A DNA stretch of 64,000 bases from Phyllosticta citribraziliensis (Eukaryota), in contig NW_027117338.1 in the NCBI RefSeq assembly GCF_038025025.1, positions 1,426,001 through 1,490,000 on the forward strand. Reading direction: 5' to 3'. The notes below the pieces were generated by a model. That model searched no databases. It had not been told where the DNA came from and saw nothing but the letters and a program-made list of their open reading frames with translations. This document shows, piece by piece, positions 37,764-48,678 of the stretch. The position numbers were made by a program, and so were the translations under genes. Numbering within the stretch: the first letter of the stretch is position 1; every line of letters starts with the position of its first letter.

Positions 37764-38598
37764 TTACTTGAGGCGCTTCTCCGCAGTCTTCCAGTTGATG
37801 ACCTCCCAAATCGCCTTGAAGTACTCGGCCTTCCTGTTCTGGTATTGGAGGTAGTAGGCGTGCTCCCAAGCGTCGACACCCAGAATCGGGCGGAACTGGC
37901 CAACGACGGGGTCCTGATTGGCGTACGTCTTGATGCCAATGTTGCCCGTCTGAATGTCCTGGACCAGCCATGCCCAGCCACTGCCCTGGATGCCAGCGAG
38001 AGCCGTGTTGAACTTCTCCTTGAAAGCGTCGAGGCTACCGTAGCTGTTGTTGATGGCCTTGGCGAGGGCACCCGAAGGAGGCTCACCACCGCCCTGCGAC
38101 TTCGGAGCCAAGTTCTCCCAGAAGAGGGTGTGGTTGATGTGTCCACCTGCGCCGGGAGTTAGCGAGATTGTCCTGAAACCGACATTTGGTCCGGCAATCC
38201 AGCAACTCACCTCCGTGGAAATTGATCAGTGGCTTGAGATTGATCTGGGTTGCAATGTCGTTCTTGGCCTGGGCCTCGGCAAGCTGCTCAGAAAAGTTGT
38301 TGTACGAGGTCACGTAGGTGTTGTGGTGGTTCTTGTGGTGGAGCTCCATAATCTTGCCGGAGACGGCGGGCTCGAGCGCGCCATAGTCGTCTGGAGAGGC
38401 CAATCATCAGCGCCAGGGTCGAATGATCACAGCGACATGAAACAGAAGTGTGGAGGAAGACGTACAGGCAAGGTCGGGCAGAGTGGCCTTGGTGCGGACA
38501 AAGCTGGCGCCGGCCAGACCAGCACGCTTGGTGGAGGTGGAGCTGGCGGCGCGGAGGGCAGCGCGGGCAGACGAGTTGCGGAGGAGAGAGGCAGCCAT
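37764..38598 (-). CDS. SOD2: Mitochondrial manganese superoxide dismutase (~231 aa)
   Basis: Arg/Ser/Ala-rich presequence; motifs LPDL.YDYGALEP, HHKNHH, GGGHINH, QGSGW, DAWEHAYY. Introns 38391-38465 and 38147-38210. Confidence 0.97.
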
Positions 38599-39002
38599 GA
38601 TGGAGATGGAACAATCAGATGGACGTGAAGAAGCTCGAGGAGTAATTTGGAGGGGTCGAGTGTATTTCTATCGGGCGGACGGGAGCTCAAGACTCGATCT
38701 GATGCGTTGCAGAGCTATGACCTCAACGGCGGAAGCACGGCGAAACGTCACTTTTGGATTTCGAAGACAACCAACGCTTTAGGCCCGACGGCCGAGCCCG
38801 CTCTCGTCCCCCCACAGCCCTCGCCGAATCCGTGTGTCATGCCTGCAAACCCACCCGTTGCTATAGCGGTATCGCTATACAGATCGGCGCAGTCGAATGA
38901 GACTTGGGGGCGCCGAGCGACACTACAAATGTAGAATTTGCTCCCCGCCTCGCCCTTCCTCTCACCACCCATTCTCACCTCTCAGCCTCGTCCCTCACAG
39001 CC

Positions 39003-40566
39003 ATGGCGAGCTCTACCGTCCACCTTCCCAACGGCCAGACTTTGACCGTCGTTCCGGTCTTCGGCGGCCTGCAATTCAAGGTCAATGAGCTGAGCGGAGC
39101 CAACAACTCGCCTCTGCCCCCAGGATGGACCATTGTGCTGCACACCGAGGATGAGAACCAGGACCAGCCCGAGTCGCAAGACGCGAAGCCCGAGAAGCGC
39201 ATGCGCCGCTACACCACTCCCACCCTGCAGGGCGACCACTTGTACATTTCGACCATTTCCAACCCCAGCAGCAATGATTACAAGCCTCCGATGTCGCCCA
39301 CCCGCCAGATTGCCATGATGCTTTGGTCGACCCTGTGGTGGTACTTCCACCAGCCCGAGCCCGAACCGCAGGTCACCAACTCATTTTCCAAGAACACTGC
39401 GCAACTGGGCAAGCCCAAGGGCGACTGGCGCATCAACATCTCCCGTGAAGGCATCTTCAAGGGCCGTGTTGTGCTTCCCAAGCTCGAGCGCATGGGTCTC
39501 ATTGCGAGCGAAGACTCGAGCGTTGGTGTCGACCTCGACGAGCTGAATGGCGAGGGGTGGCTGGACATGTTTGTTAGTCGGCGCGCCTTTTGGCAGCTTG
39601 ACCCCCGGCTCTACTTGTTCACTTTGAGCCCGAGTTCGACATCCAACTTCTCCGAAAACTCGGGAACTGGCTCACCAGCTCCAGATCACAAGAAGCACGA
39701 GTCCATCATTTTTGATGGACCGCCCTCGGGCCTCTGGTCCCCCACGGCTCCTGGACCATTCCACTCCAGCAGCCATCTGCCGACCTTTTATCCTCCTGGA
39801 CCGCCTCAATATGTCTTTTCAAACAACATTCGTCACCCCTTGCGCCCCAAGCCCCCGCGCCAGGGCGAGACGTTTTACAGCCGCTACATTCCTAGCGTTG
39901 GTCAGCACCTGTCGTTTCGCGTGGCTTCTGCCTCGCCAAAGCCTCAGCACCAAAACATCACCTCCATTGGCCAAATCTCCGAAGGCGTTCCCAACCTGCA
40001 GTCCTTGTCCGTCACTGACTCCGACACCGATCTTTTGCACAAGTGGATGAACGACCCGCGTGTAAGCTATTTCTGGGGTGAGGCGGGTCCCCGTGAGCAC
40101 CAGGAAGCGTTTTTGAAGAACGGCCTTCGCAGCAAGCACTGCTTCCCTGTCATTGGATGCTGGGATGGCAAGCCTTTCGGATACTTTGAGATTTACTGGG
40201 TCAAGGAAGACAACCTGGGCAAGCACCTTGGAGGCGACTGCGGAAACTGGGATCGCGGCATCCATCTCTTGATTGGCGAGCAAGAGTTCAGAGGATCTCA
40301 CCGTGTCAAGATTTGGTTGAGCGCGTTGATCCACTACTGCTTCTTGGCAGACTCGCGGACGGAAACGGTCATGCTTGAGCCGAGAGTTGACAACGAAAAG
40401 TACGCTTTCCCATCTTATTATGGAATTTCTTTGCTAACTCTACTGCAGGCTATACGAGTACCTCTTGGCCTCTGGATTCTACAAGGAGAGGGAGGTCACA
40501 TTTGCTCACAAGCAGTCGAACCTCATGAAGATTAGGCGCGAGGCCTGGGAGGGTCCAGCGATTTGA
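39003..40566 (+). CDS. sidL: N5-hydroxyornithine acyltransferase, SidL-like GNAT for siderophore biosynthesis (~504 aa)
   Basis: N-terminal VHLPNGQ..PVFGG; AlcB/IucB-type C-domain [39 protein letters not shown]. Intron 40400-40448 gives the ending ..[19 protein letters not shown]. No PTS1. Confidence 0.85.
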
Positions 40567-40839
40567 GCGAAGCATAGCATGGCCCGGTGACGGCATCAAA
40601 ACGGTAAAGTTGACACCAATACCCCTGTATAGATAAGAAAGATGCCATGCAATTGGACCACGAGAAGATTCCAAGGCGGCACTGCTCAATCTTTTTCGCG
40701 ACTGCGATTTCGTCCATCTTCTGCCTTGATCTTGACAACTTACTCGCATCTCATTTTGTCATGTTGACTGAGCGCTTTCCGATTGACGTTCTTGAAACCG
40801 CTATGACGACCGACTCCGGCGCCGACACTCTCTTGGCCC

Positions 40840-40978
40840 CTCTGCGGTGGTGAGCGACAGCTCCTGAAGCGTGGCCGTGGCGGTGAACGACAGCTCCCGA
40901 AGACAAATGTGGCAGCAGATGACTCCCAGCTACATCTGCAGTAGTGATCGTATGCTCCCTGAGTGCAGTTGCAGCAGT
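40840..40978 (+). repeat. 33-bp dispersed repeat family, ~4 units
   Basis: tctgcggtggtgagcgacagctcctgaagcgt / ggccgtggcggtgaacgacagctcccgaagaca / degenerate unit / atctgcagtagtgatcgtatgctccctgagtgc / agttgcagcagt. Confidence 0.8.
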
Positions 40979-41512
40979 TTCTGGCTTCATCATTTCTCTT
41001 GACGCACGCTAAGATGCAAATACTGTGGCTTCCACGACTCCTCACCAGGAACGAGTAACGACAATACCGCAAAAGGTGCCTCGCAGGAGTGTTGATGCCA
41101 CAAGTGGTTAGGTCAAGACGCGGCACTATTTGGCCGAGCGGCTTCGGTTGCCTAGCAGGGGTGGCCACCGCATCTCCAACTTCGCCACCTGACCTTCCAG
41201 CGATTGGACGACGCATTTTCGCATCAACGTCGTCCGTGGCGCAATACTGTGGCTATTGCAGGTTTGGGTAGGGCTATCATGTGGCTCGCGTCGGAGCCTC
41301 CGCGTCTCCAATCGCACTGACCCTGTTCTGCCTTGCCGTTCGTTGGACGGGGAGGCAGCAGTAGGCTGGCTACTGTACTTGTAACGAGTCTCTCGTTGTT
41401 TGCGCTACTTCTGATCTTATGTTCGGTCATTTCGTTACTTCCTGTCGGATCCGTTGAAAAGGCACTGAACTTCGCATGCTCGGGCGTCAACAGCTCCCGT
41501 TCTTGAATCGCC

Positions 41513-43013
41513 ATGTTCCAAAGCGAAGACCAGCACATTCTACTGAAAGGTATTAGTGGCCCACGCATGTATCTCTTCACAGCTAAGACGTCCAGACTCG
41601 GCAAGATGCGTCCCACGATATCTCTTTCGAGCCTTTTCAAACCAATCCCGAGGTACCAATTCAGCTACAGAAGCCATACCAGATGCTTCGTGCTACCACA
41701 CGACAATAACTGCAGACGAAAAGTTGATCTCAAGCACAAAGCATATGATCTCGGATCATCTCCTCTACAAATACTCCACACCTTCGGAATTCAGCTCCTG
41801 GTCCAGCTCGCTTCTCTTTGTCCTTCGCCACGCCATCCGTAGAGCACACCAGTCAAGCCTTCAAGACACGAACGTCTTCATATGTGTCCTGGATACTACA
41901 ACGCTCCCTGATGACCTGCAAATATATCCTGCCACGGCCATTATGGCCGCCTACGACATCAAGCCCATTGTTGTGCGGCCCCTTGCCCGCAATGATAAAC
42001 GCAACTGGCTTGTTCCCCATTACTACCTTGGCGAGTATTTGCTCCACGGGCCACTGTCTCTGACAGCATCTAAATGCGCGGCCGTCAAAATGCAAGCAGT
42101 CTCCCTCGACTGCCTCGAGCACACCGGCTTGTATTTTCTCCTACCAGCCCTGAACAACGCCACGAGCAACTCGCTCGCCCCCGAGGTGCGCGCTCTACGC
42201 CGCGCACTGTCTGGCCGCGACGCCAAGCTTGAGCCACTGCTCCCAGTGCACATTGGAGCATTCAGCACGCTCGGGCGCCTCTTCGGCACCTCATTTGCGC
42301 TGCCAGTCACTGTGGCGTTCTTGACCCTACGACGATGGCAAACGTGGCCGGGCCAACAAGTCCTCGACACTATTCTGGACAGCTTCGAAGGGTTTGAGGG
42401 ACCAAACGAGGCGGGACCAGAGCGCCTGGATTGGGAGAATGGGGATGGACTAGCCATTACCGACGAGATGTTTGTCGTTTCCGAGGCGCGAATGCTCCGG
42501 AGGCTGATGCAGGATTTGGTGGCGCGGAATAGGCACAGGGACGAAGAATCAAAGCGGGCCAAGAACGGTTTCAAAATGGAAATCGTGCAAGACGAGATCG
42601 ACTCGGAAGACCTGTCGTGCTTGATTGGAGACATCCAACTCAGCAGCCAGGAGTCAGAGGCGAAAACGGAGCCGGAGACGAGCAAGGGCTTGGACGTGCA
42701 AAATGGCAACCAGGTGCAATCAGACGAACGTTCCCACAGCGCCACCGAGGTGTCCCTCTCCGCCACTCTCGGTGCGCTGGCGACTTCGGCGGTATCGCTT
42801 GACGAGAGCTTTCGCAATCTAGTACAAGCGCTGCAGCCGAAAGTCAGTGATGCTGCACCGCCTCTCCCAAGAGACGCTGTCTTGAAGGAACTGGAGAAGT
42901 CAAGGGAGGCACTAAAGAGCCTCTCCGAGGCCTCGGGGAGGTTGGGTGGGCTCCTGGGCCAGGATCAAGAAGAGGTACCAGCAACGCTTGCTGGTTTGGA
43001 GAAAGACCTCTGA
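41513..43013 (+). CDS. Orphan-like fungal protein with a DUF7587-like N-terminal domain (~484 aa)
   Basis: Long ORF. Probable first exon 41513-41549 and intron 41550-41595. Motifs PRYLFRAF, FSSWSSSLLF, GEYLLHG; helical, acidic C-terminus. Confidence 0.7.
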
Positions 43014-43078
43014 GGCAGAGTCTGATCTGGTCAGTCTCCCGCACAGTTCGTGTCAAGAAAAAAACAATCCCTGCATCT

Positions 43079-43150
43079 AGCCGTAGTGGTAACGACAACT
43101 CCCCAACTCCAGTCGCAGCAGTGAATGAATGCTCTCTGGGTGTAGCTGTA
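43079..43150 (+). repeat. 33-bp dispersed repeat family, 2+ units
   Basis: agccgtagtggtaacgacaactccccaactcc / agtcgcagcagtgaatgaatgctctctgggtgt / agctgta. Confidence 0.8.
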
Positions 43151-43669
43151 TTGCTAGAACACATCATTTATTTTGTCACCCAAATATGTATCTGCGAAGC
43201 AAGATTCCCTTCACAAGTTATTTTTCTCTCCTCACTTACTGAAACATCACAGTATCCAGTCTCCTCTATCCCGCTGAAGATGAGTCAAAGCACCTCACAT
43301 GATTGCTACTAAGTTTGTCAGTCTGAGATCGTGCGAACCCGTGCGAACTTCACGATCTCTCCGTCTCTTTTTAGCACTACAGCCTGGGACCGTGCAAACT
43401 TTCGGCGCGACCTTGGTCCTTATAGCTGAGAGCTCTAGCACAGTTTGTCACCTTGACAACCTCTCGCACCAAACGCACTCCTCGCCTGACGACTGCCCAT
43501 CACCGACGGAGGGACTGAGAGCCTCATATTCAAGTTTACAAGACTGCCAGACGTGGGCTTCGTGTGGTGGCAGAACGCGTGCCTCGCCCATCCGACGACA
43601 CCGATTGACAGTATCACATCACCCGCGACATCAACTGCTTCAACGATTTCACGAGAGCCCAACGGAACA

Positions 43670-44101
43670 ATGCCGCCAAAGCGTGGTAAAATTGGGCCCC
43701 ACGGCGCCAAAGTCGCAATGAATTACGAAGACGACGACGAGTACATCCCCGGTTTTGTGGTGAAGAAGGAGGACGACGACGACGCCTACGAAGCAGTCCC
43801 CTCTGCCACCGACAAGGACAAGGGAAAGGGGAAGGGCAAGGCCGAGGGCAAGGTCAAGGAATCAGTGACTGCCAAAAAGGAAAAAAAGCCGAAAGCCGAC
43901 GAGAACTCCAAGAAAAAGCGCAAGCTTGAGCAAACAGTCATCAAGAAGGAGGAGGAGGAGGAGGAGGAGGAAGAAGAAGAAGAAGGCAGTTCCTCTGGCC
44001 CGCAAGCCACTGAGCCTACCGTCAAGAACCATATCGACCACATCAACGACCCCAGCTACGACCCGTACCCTCAGACTTGCTTCTACAAGATGTCGGAATA
44101 A
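43670..44101 (+). CDS. Small Lys/Glu-rich low-complexity hypothetical protein (143 aa)
   Basis: ACAATG start, MPPKRGK N-terminus, basic KKKRK cluster, poly-Glu from a (GAG)/(GAA) run, and third-position C/G bias. Confidence 0.55.
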   Translation: MPPKRGKIGPHGAKVAMNYEDDDEYIPGFVVKKEDDDDAYEAVPSATDKDKGKGKGKAEGKVKESVTAKKEKKPKADENSKKKRKLEQTVIKKEEEEEEEEEEEEGSSSGPQATEPTVKNHIDHINDPSYDPYPQTCFYKMSE

Positions 44102-44158
44102 ACCAACGGCTTGCACACACCATTGGTCCTTCGCGCGCGCGGCAAACCGACCCAAACC

Positions 44159-44301
44159 CACCACGGCTACGCCCAGGGAGCAGCCCTCCATCACGGCTAC
44201 ATGTTATGAGCAGTCGTACGCCATCACATTTGCGATTATGGAGCTGTGGTCGTCCTTCAACACCGCTGGCGCGTAGGGAGCAGTCGTTCATTACTGCAGC
44301 A
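44159..44301 (-). repeat. 33-bp dispersed repeat family, ~4 degenerate units
   Basis: Best unit is 44269-44301, reverse complement tgctgcagtaatgaacgactgctccctacgcgc. Further GAGC cores recur at about 30-33-bp spacing from 44178. Confidence 0.75.
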
Positions 44302-44387
44302 AGACTCAGACAGCACCATTTCTTCTGACACCCTCACTCAGTCAACGAGTGCTCCCCATCCTCTACCAAGGCCTCGCTTCACCGTAG

Positions 44388-45615
44388 CTAGACAGAATCC
44401 AAGAACATGTCCACACTCGACCTCGAATAGCCCGTGACGCGCGGATACTGACTCCAGTCCTGATCAAACAGCACCGCGTCCTGGCAGGCACTGCCCAAGC
44501 TCGTATTATTTAACCACGCGGGCTCCCAGTACCAAATGCCCCGGCCGACACCGCCCACCACGCCTCTCACAATAGCCTCGACGCGCCTGACCCACGCCGT
44601 CTGTCCTGCCGCCCCGATCTCGATACTCGGCTCGCTCAGCGCCGGCGCGTCTTCCCCGTCGCAGCGCGCAGGCCAGTCGGTCTCGACGACGTGCAGCGGG
44701 GTGCCAGGGAAGCTTCGTGCGGCCCAATCCAGCGTCTTGGCCAGGTTTTCAAACGTCGCGTTTGTGCCGTAGAAGGGGTAGAAGGAGAATCCGAGGACAT
44801 CCCAGTCGGCGGGCGTCACCAGGCCCGTCGCCGTCAGCGCGCCGAACCAGCGCTCTTGCAGCGTCGCATTCCACCCGTTGTCCATGTGCAGCATGACGGC
44901 CGGGCGCTGACGGTGGTCGATGTTGCTGCTCGTGGAAACGAAGTCGTCAAACCCTCGCCGCGCCGCCGCGTACAGCGTCGCCAGGCCCGTAAAGTTTGCA
45001 ACGCGCGCGGCCGCGGGCTCGATGTCGACGTCGGCCTGGCCCAGCGGCCACAGCATGCCGTGGCGAATCTCGTTGCCGAGTGAGACGAGAGCGAGCGGGA
45101 TGCCAGCGGTGTCAAAGGCGTGCAGCGTGTCGTTGACGTAGGCGCGCAGCGTCCCAGCGAGCGGCTCAAGGGTCGTTGGCCACGCTGCCGGGGCGTTGTT
45201 GTGCTGCGGGTCTGCCCACGTGTCGCTGAAGTGGTAGTTTAGGTAGATGGCCTGTCCAGCGCGGTGGAAGCGTGATGCGAGGGCCAGCACGTAGGAGAGG
45301 TCGTATTGTCCGGGTATGGGATCGACCCAGAGGCTGTGACCATCGTCAGCTGCTGAGAGATGGGAGTAGCCATGTTCCCTACCGAAGTCTGACTCCGTTC
45401 ATGCCGCCGTCTGCGAGTATTTCGTCGGCGCGTCTGGTTGCATTGTTGCGCGCCGTATCCACGAAGACAGCCTTTGAGTCGCCATCTTCCAGCATCTTCA
45501 GCGACGAAAGATCGTGGCCCTTGTAGAAAAAGGCATCGTGGCCATCATTGGTCGGCGTGGTGGCAGCGAGGCCTACCAGCCATGTGGCAACGCCTAGCAG
45601 ATGTGTAGAATGCAT
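44388..45615 (-). CDS. Secreted GH53 endo-beta-1,4-galactanase (~392 aa)
   Basis: Signal peptide; motifs KGHDLSS, NGVRLRLWVDP (across intron 45334-45382), YHFSDTWADP, acid/base GNEI, nucleophile VVETDWP, WYWEPAW. Confidence 0.93.
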
Positions 45616-45724
45616 TCTCTCGGTCCTTCGCAGAGGCCAATCCTGACAGAAGGGATTCCATCTCTTATGCAGTGCTTTCGCAGTCCTTTCTTCTTGGCTC
45701 TTCTCCTCATGTGGCGGGACAATT

Positions 45725-45733
45725 TCCTCCAAT
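45725..45733. promoter_or_regulatory. Candidate galacturonate-responsive element (TCCNCCAAT, GaaR)
   Basis: Exact TCCTCCAAT 110 bp upstream of the ATG of a pectin side-chain hydrolase. Confidence 0.5.
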
Positions 45734-46154
45734 CAGTGCCATTGAAGCGAGGTAGCGAGGGACCTCGTATAAGTCATCCGTCTGCCATCGTGATGCTGGA
45801 GGTGGTGTCAATCGTTCTCCAAGACTCTGCACCACACCAGCCGAGACGGCCAGCTTCAGATAGACAAAGGGAGCCGAGCAAAAGATTGTGCTTTGGAGGG
45901 TGTCCGATTAGAAGAATGCAGAAGTCCAGAGTTGACCTCTTAAGCAACATGTTTCCCCTGCGACTCTCACGACCCTGGCGCTCCATTCCCCTCACCTGCA
46001 TTTATCCGCATAGTGGGCTACGCCCAGAGTGGAAGTCCCCATCACGAATGTGACAGCTGCGAAGCGACAGTCATCTCGAAGAAGCTAGCGAGTACCTTCC
46101 ATGCGCATGCAGTGCGTCGGATCATAGGTATGAGAAGCAGGCGACTGGGTCTTT

Positions 46155-46258
46155 GTACGCCGGAGAAATACAGCTCCCCGGGCATGGCTTGGTCAATCAG
46201 CGAATGCTCCCTAGCTTCATCCGCAGCGGTGAATGAATGCTTCCTGGGCACAGACGCA
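46155..46258 (+). repeat. 33-bp dispersed repeat family, 2-3 units
   Basis: ggcttggtcaatcagcgaatgctccctagcttc / atccgcagcggtgaatgaatgcttcctgggcac / agacgca. Confidence 0.8.
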
Positions 46259-46925
46259 ATTGAGTAAGTGTTGGTTTCGTGCCTGGCTCTTCTCGCTGCT
46301 TCGAGGAGCGAAAGACGAGGACATTCGTCGAAGACCATGAATGTGTCGTGGTGATTGCCTGGATCTTCGAGATGATGTCTTTCAGGCCTGCCGCTGATCT
46401 TGGCCATCAGTCAGCGAGCTCCAATAGCTACGCGCCTGTCCTGCGCATCCACCGTCATCGCAGAAAAAACTTCGTTCTTTCGTCAACTCATCAGAATGGG
46501 TTCGGCCTCGAAAAATGTCCTGTTGGAGACGCCAAATCCGCATCACGTCAAACTGCGTCAATAAAATTTTCGCTGACTCGCATTCGACGCCACGTGCATC
46601 ACTCTTCACCATGGCATCGCGGGCCGAGCCTAAGGCACCGCGTCAACCTTGTGTCGTTCTTTTGCGATTTTGGTGCGGAATGTGCTGATGAGATGGAGCC
46701 GACCGGTCTCGTCGCAGCTGCAGCAACACGAAGCCTCAGAGGGACACAGAATCACGCAAAGCGAACAGAAGACCAAGTCGGATGGCATCTCGGTGCTTGC
46801 GCGATTTGCAAAAGTCGTCAGGGCGTCTTATATTGAGCTTCTCCGGGGGTATTCGGATGGCAAAGAGATGGTGGTGATGGCTCTGCAATCGGCGCTCAGG
46901 TCCCGTCGTCAGGCAAAGCTCCCAA

Positions 46926-46935
46926 CTCCGCGGAG
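46926..46935. promoter_or_regulatory. Candidate NirA site (CTCCGHGG) upstream of flavohemoglobin
   Basis: The palindrome CTCCGCGGAG matches the consensus on both strands, about 500 bp upstream of the ATG. Confidence 0.5.
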
Positions 46936-47430
46936 AAGTTCCCCTGGCCATTCTCCACCCCCAGCCTTTGTCGAATAACATGGCAGCCTTCTCAGCTGAC
47001 GTAACCTTGGGGTTGCTATTCAATTTTCCTGCGCCTCATCTAATGACTGCGATTGACTAATTGCAACTGCACTCATAGGTGGCTTTGGGCAGGCCTGTGG
47101 CTTCGTCGTCGCACCCGGCTCGGACGGCGTCGTAGAGGATCTCCAGAACCCGTCCGGATATCCCCGTAACTAAGCAGACGCGTATGGTAGGTGGACTGAT
47201 TTCATTCTCGTTTCATGCCTCGACTGCCTTTACTTTCGGAAGTCAGTTTAGACATCTCCACGGAATACACCCTTGCGCCTGTTTATAAGGATGACGACCA
47301 GCGAGGTTGGTATCAATTTCATCACATCAGATTTCAAGTCCTTCATCATCTACATCAAGCCTGAGTCTCAATTCCTCATCTCTTCTCATTCATGCCCCTT
47401 CTCGGTTCTCAACAACAACAGCAGCCCCAG

Positions 47431-48678
47431 ATGGCGCAAAAACACCAACCCTTGACACCGGCGCAAGTGGCCATCATCAAGTCCACGGCGCCGGTCCTTG
47501 CTGAGCATGGCAACACCATCACCACCGTCTTCTACAAAAACATGCTGGACGCGCACAAGGAACTGAACGACATCTTCAACACCGCCAACCAACTCAACGG
47601 ACACCAACCCAGGGCACTCGCAACCGCCCTGTACGCCTATGCCTCGCACATTGATAACCTGGGTGTCCTCTCGCCGGCCGTCGAGCTCATCGTCCACAAG
47701 CACGCCTCTCTCTACATCAGACCCGAGCACTACGCAATCGTCGGAAAGTACCTGCTCGAGGCTCTTGCCCAGGTGCTCGGCGCCGCGCTGACGCCCGAAA
47801 TCCACGATGCTTGGGCGGCCGCATACTGGCAGCTCGCGGACCTCTTGATTGGCAAGGAAGCCGCACTGTACGCCAGCGCAGACGGCTGGACCGACTGGCG
47901 GCGCTTCCGCATCGCCCGCAAGGTGCCCGAATCCAGCGAAATCACGTCGTTCTACCTCGAGCCAACCGACGGATCCAAGAAGCTTCCCTCTTTCCTGCCG
48001 GGCCAGTACATCGGCGTGCGCATCTCGGTCCCCAACCTGAAGCACCTGCAACCGCGGCAGTACAGCCTGTCGAGCGCGCCGGGAAAGCCGTACTACCGCA
48101 TCAGCGTCAAGCGCGAGGACGGCGCGCCAGATGCCGGGCACCCGGGCTTCGTGTCCAACGTGCTGCACAGCAGCAAGCACGAGGGCGACGAGATCGAAGT
48201 GTCGCACCCCTTTGGCGACTTTTACTTTGACGCGCACAAGGAGAAGCCCACGGCGCCCGTCGTCCTGCTCTCCGCCGGCGTCGGCCTCACCTGTTTGCTG
48301 TCCATCCTCGAGACCATCATCGACGACCAGACGCGCCCCGTCACCTGGATCCACGGCGCGCGCTCATCGGGGGCCCGCGCCTTCGCCGCGCACGTCAGAG
48401 ACCTGACCAAGAGCCACGCCAACCTGCGCACGTCGCTCTTCACGACGCGCGTGCAGGAGGGCGACGTCCGCAGCGTCGACTTCGACCACGAGGGCCGCGT
48501 CGACCTGGCGCGCGTGGATCCCGAGGCCGACCTGCACCTGAGCAACCCGGACACGCTCTACTACTTCTGCGGCCCGGAGAGCTTCATGCTGCAGACCAGG
48601 CAGGCGCTGGCGGCCAAGGGCGTCGACGAGAGCAGGCTGCGCATGGAGCTGTTTGGCACCGGTGGACTCCCGGCTTAG
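47431..48678 (+). CDS. YHB1: Flavohemoglobin / nitric oxide dioxygenase (415 aa, intronless)
   Basis: Globin domain (IIKSTAPVL, FYKNML, HKHASL, HYAIVG), FAD-binding (PGQY, RQYSLS) and NAD-binding (SAGVGLT, CGPESFM, ELFGTG). An in-frame upstream ATG lies at 47392 and a TATA-like TTATAA at 47283. Confidence 0.97.
   Translation: MAQKHQPLTPAQVAIIKSTAPVLAEHGNTITTVFYKNMLDAHKELNDIFNTANQLNGHQPRALATALYAYASHIDNLGVLSPAVELIVHKHASLYIRPEHYAIVGKYLLEALAQVLGAALTPEIHDAWAAAYWQLADLLIGKEAALYASADGWTDWRRFRIARKVPESSEITSFYLEPTDGSKKLPSFLPGQYIGVRISVPNLKHLQPRQYSLSSAPGKPYYRISVKREDGAPDAGHPGFVSNVLHSSKHEGDEIEVSHPFGDFYFDAHKEKPTAPVVLLSAGVGLTCLLSILETIIDDQTRPVTWIHGARSSGARAFAAHVRDLTKSHANLRTSLFTTRVQEGDVRSVDFDHEGRVDLARVDPEADLHLSNPDTLYYFCGPESFMLQTRQALAAKGVDESRLRMELFGTGGLPA

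Noticed and set aside
23800..46258. 33-bp arrays as CRISPR arrays
   Set aside because: The units abut directly with no unique spacers, they are degenerate, no cas genes are present, and the DNA is eukaryotic.
47291..47455. Out-of-frame upstream ORF overlapping the flavohemoglobin start
   Set aside because: Its ATG lies a few bases after the TATA-like box, so it is probably upstream of the TSS.
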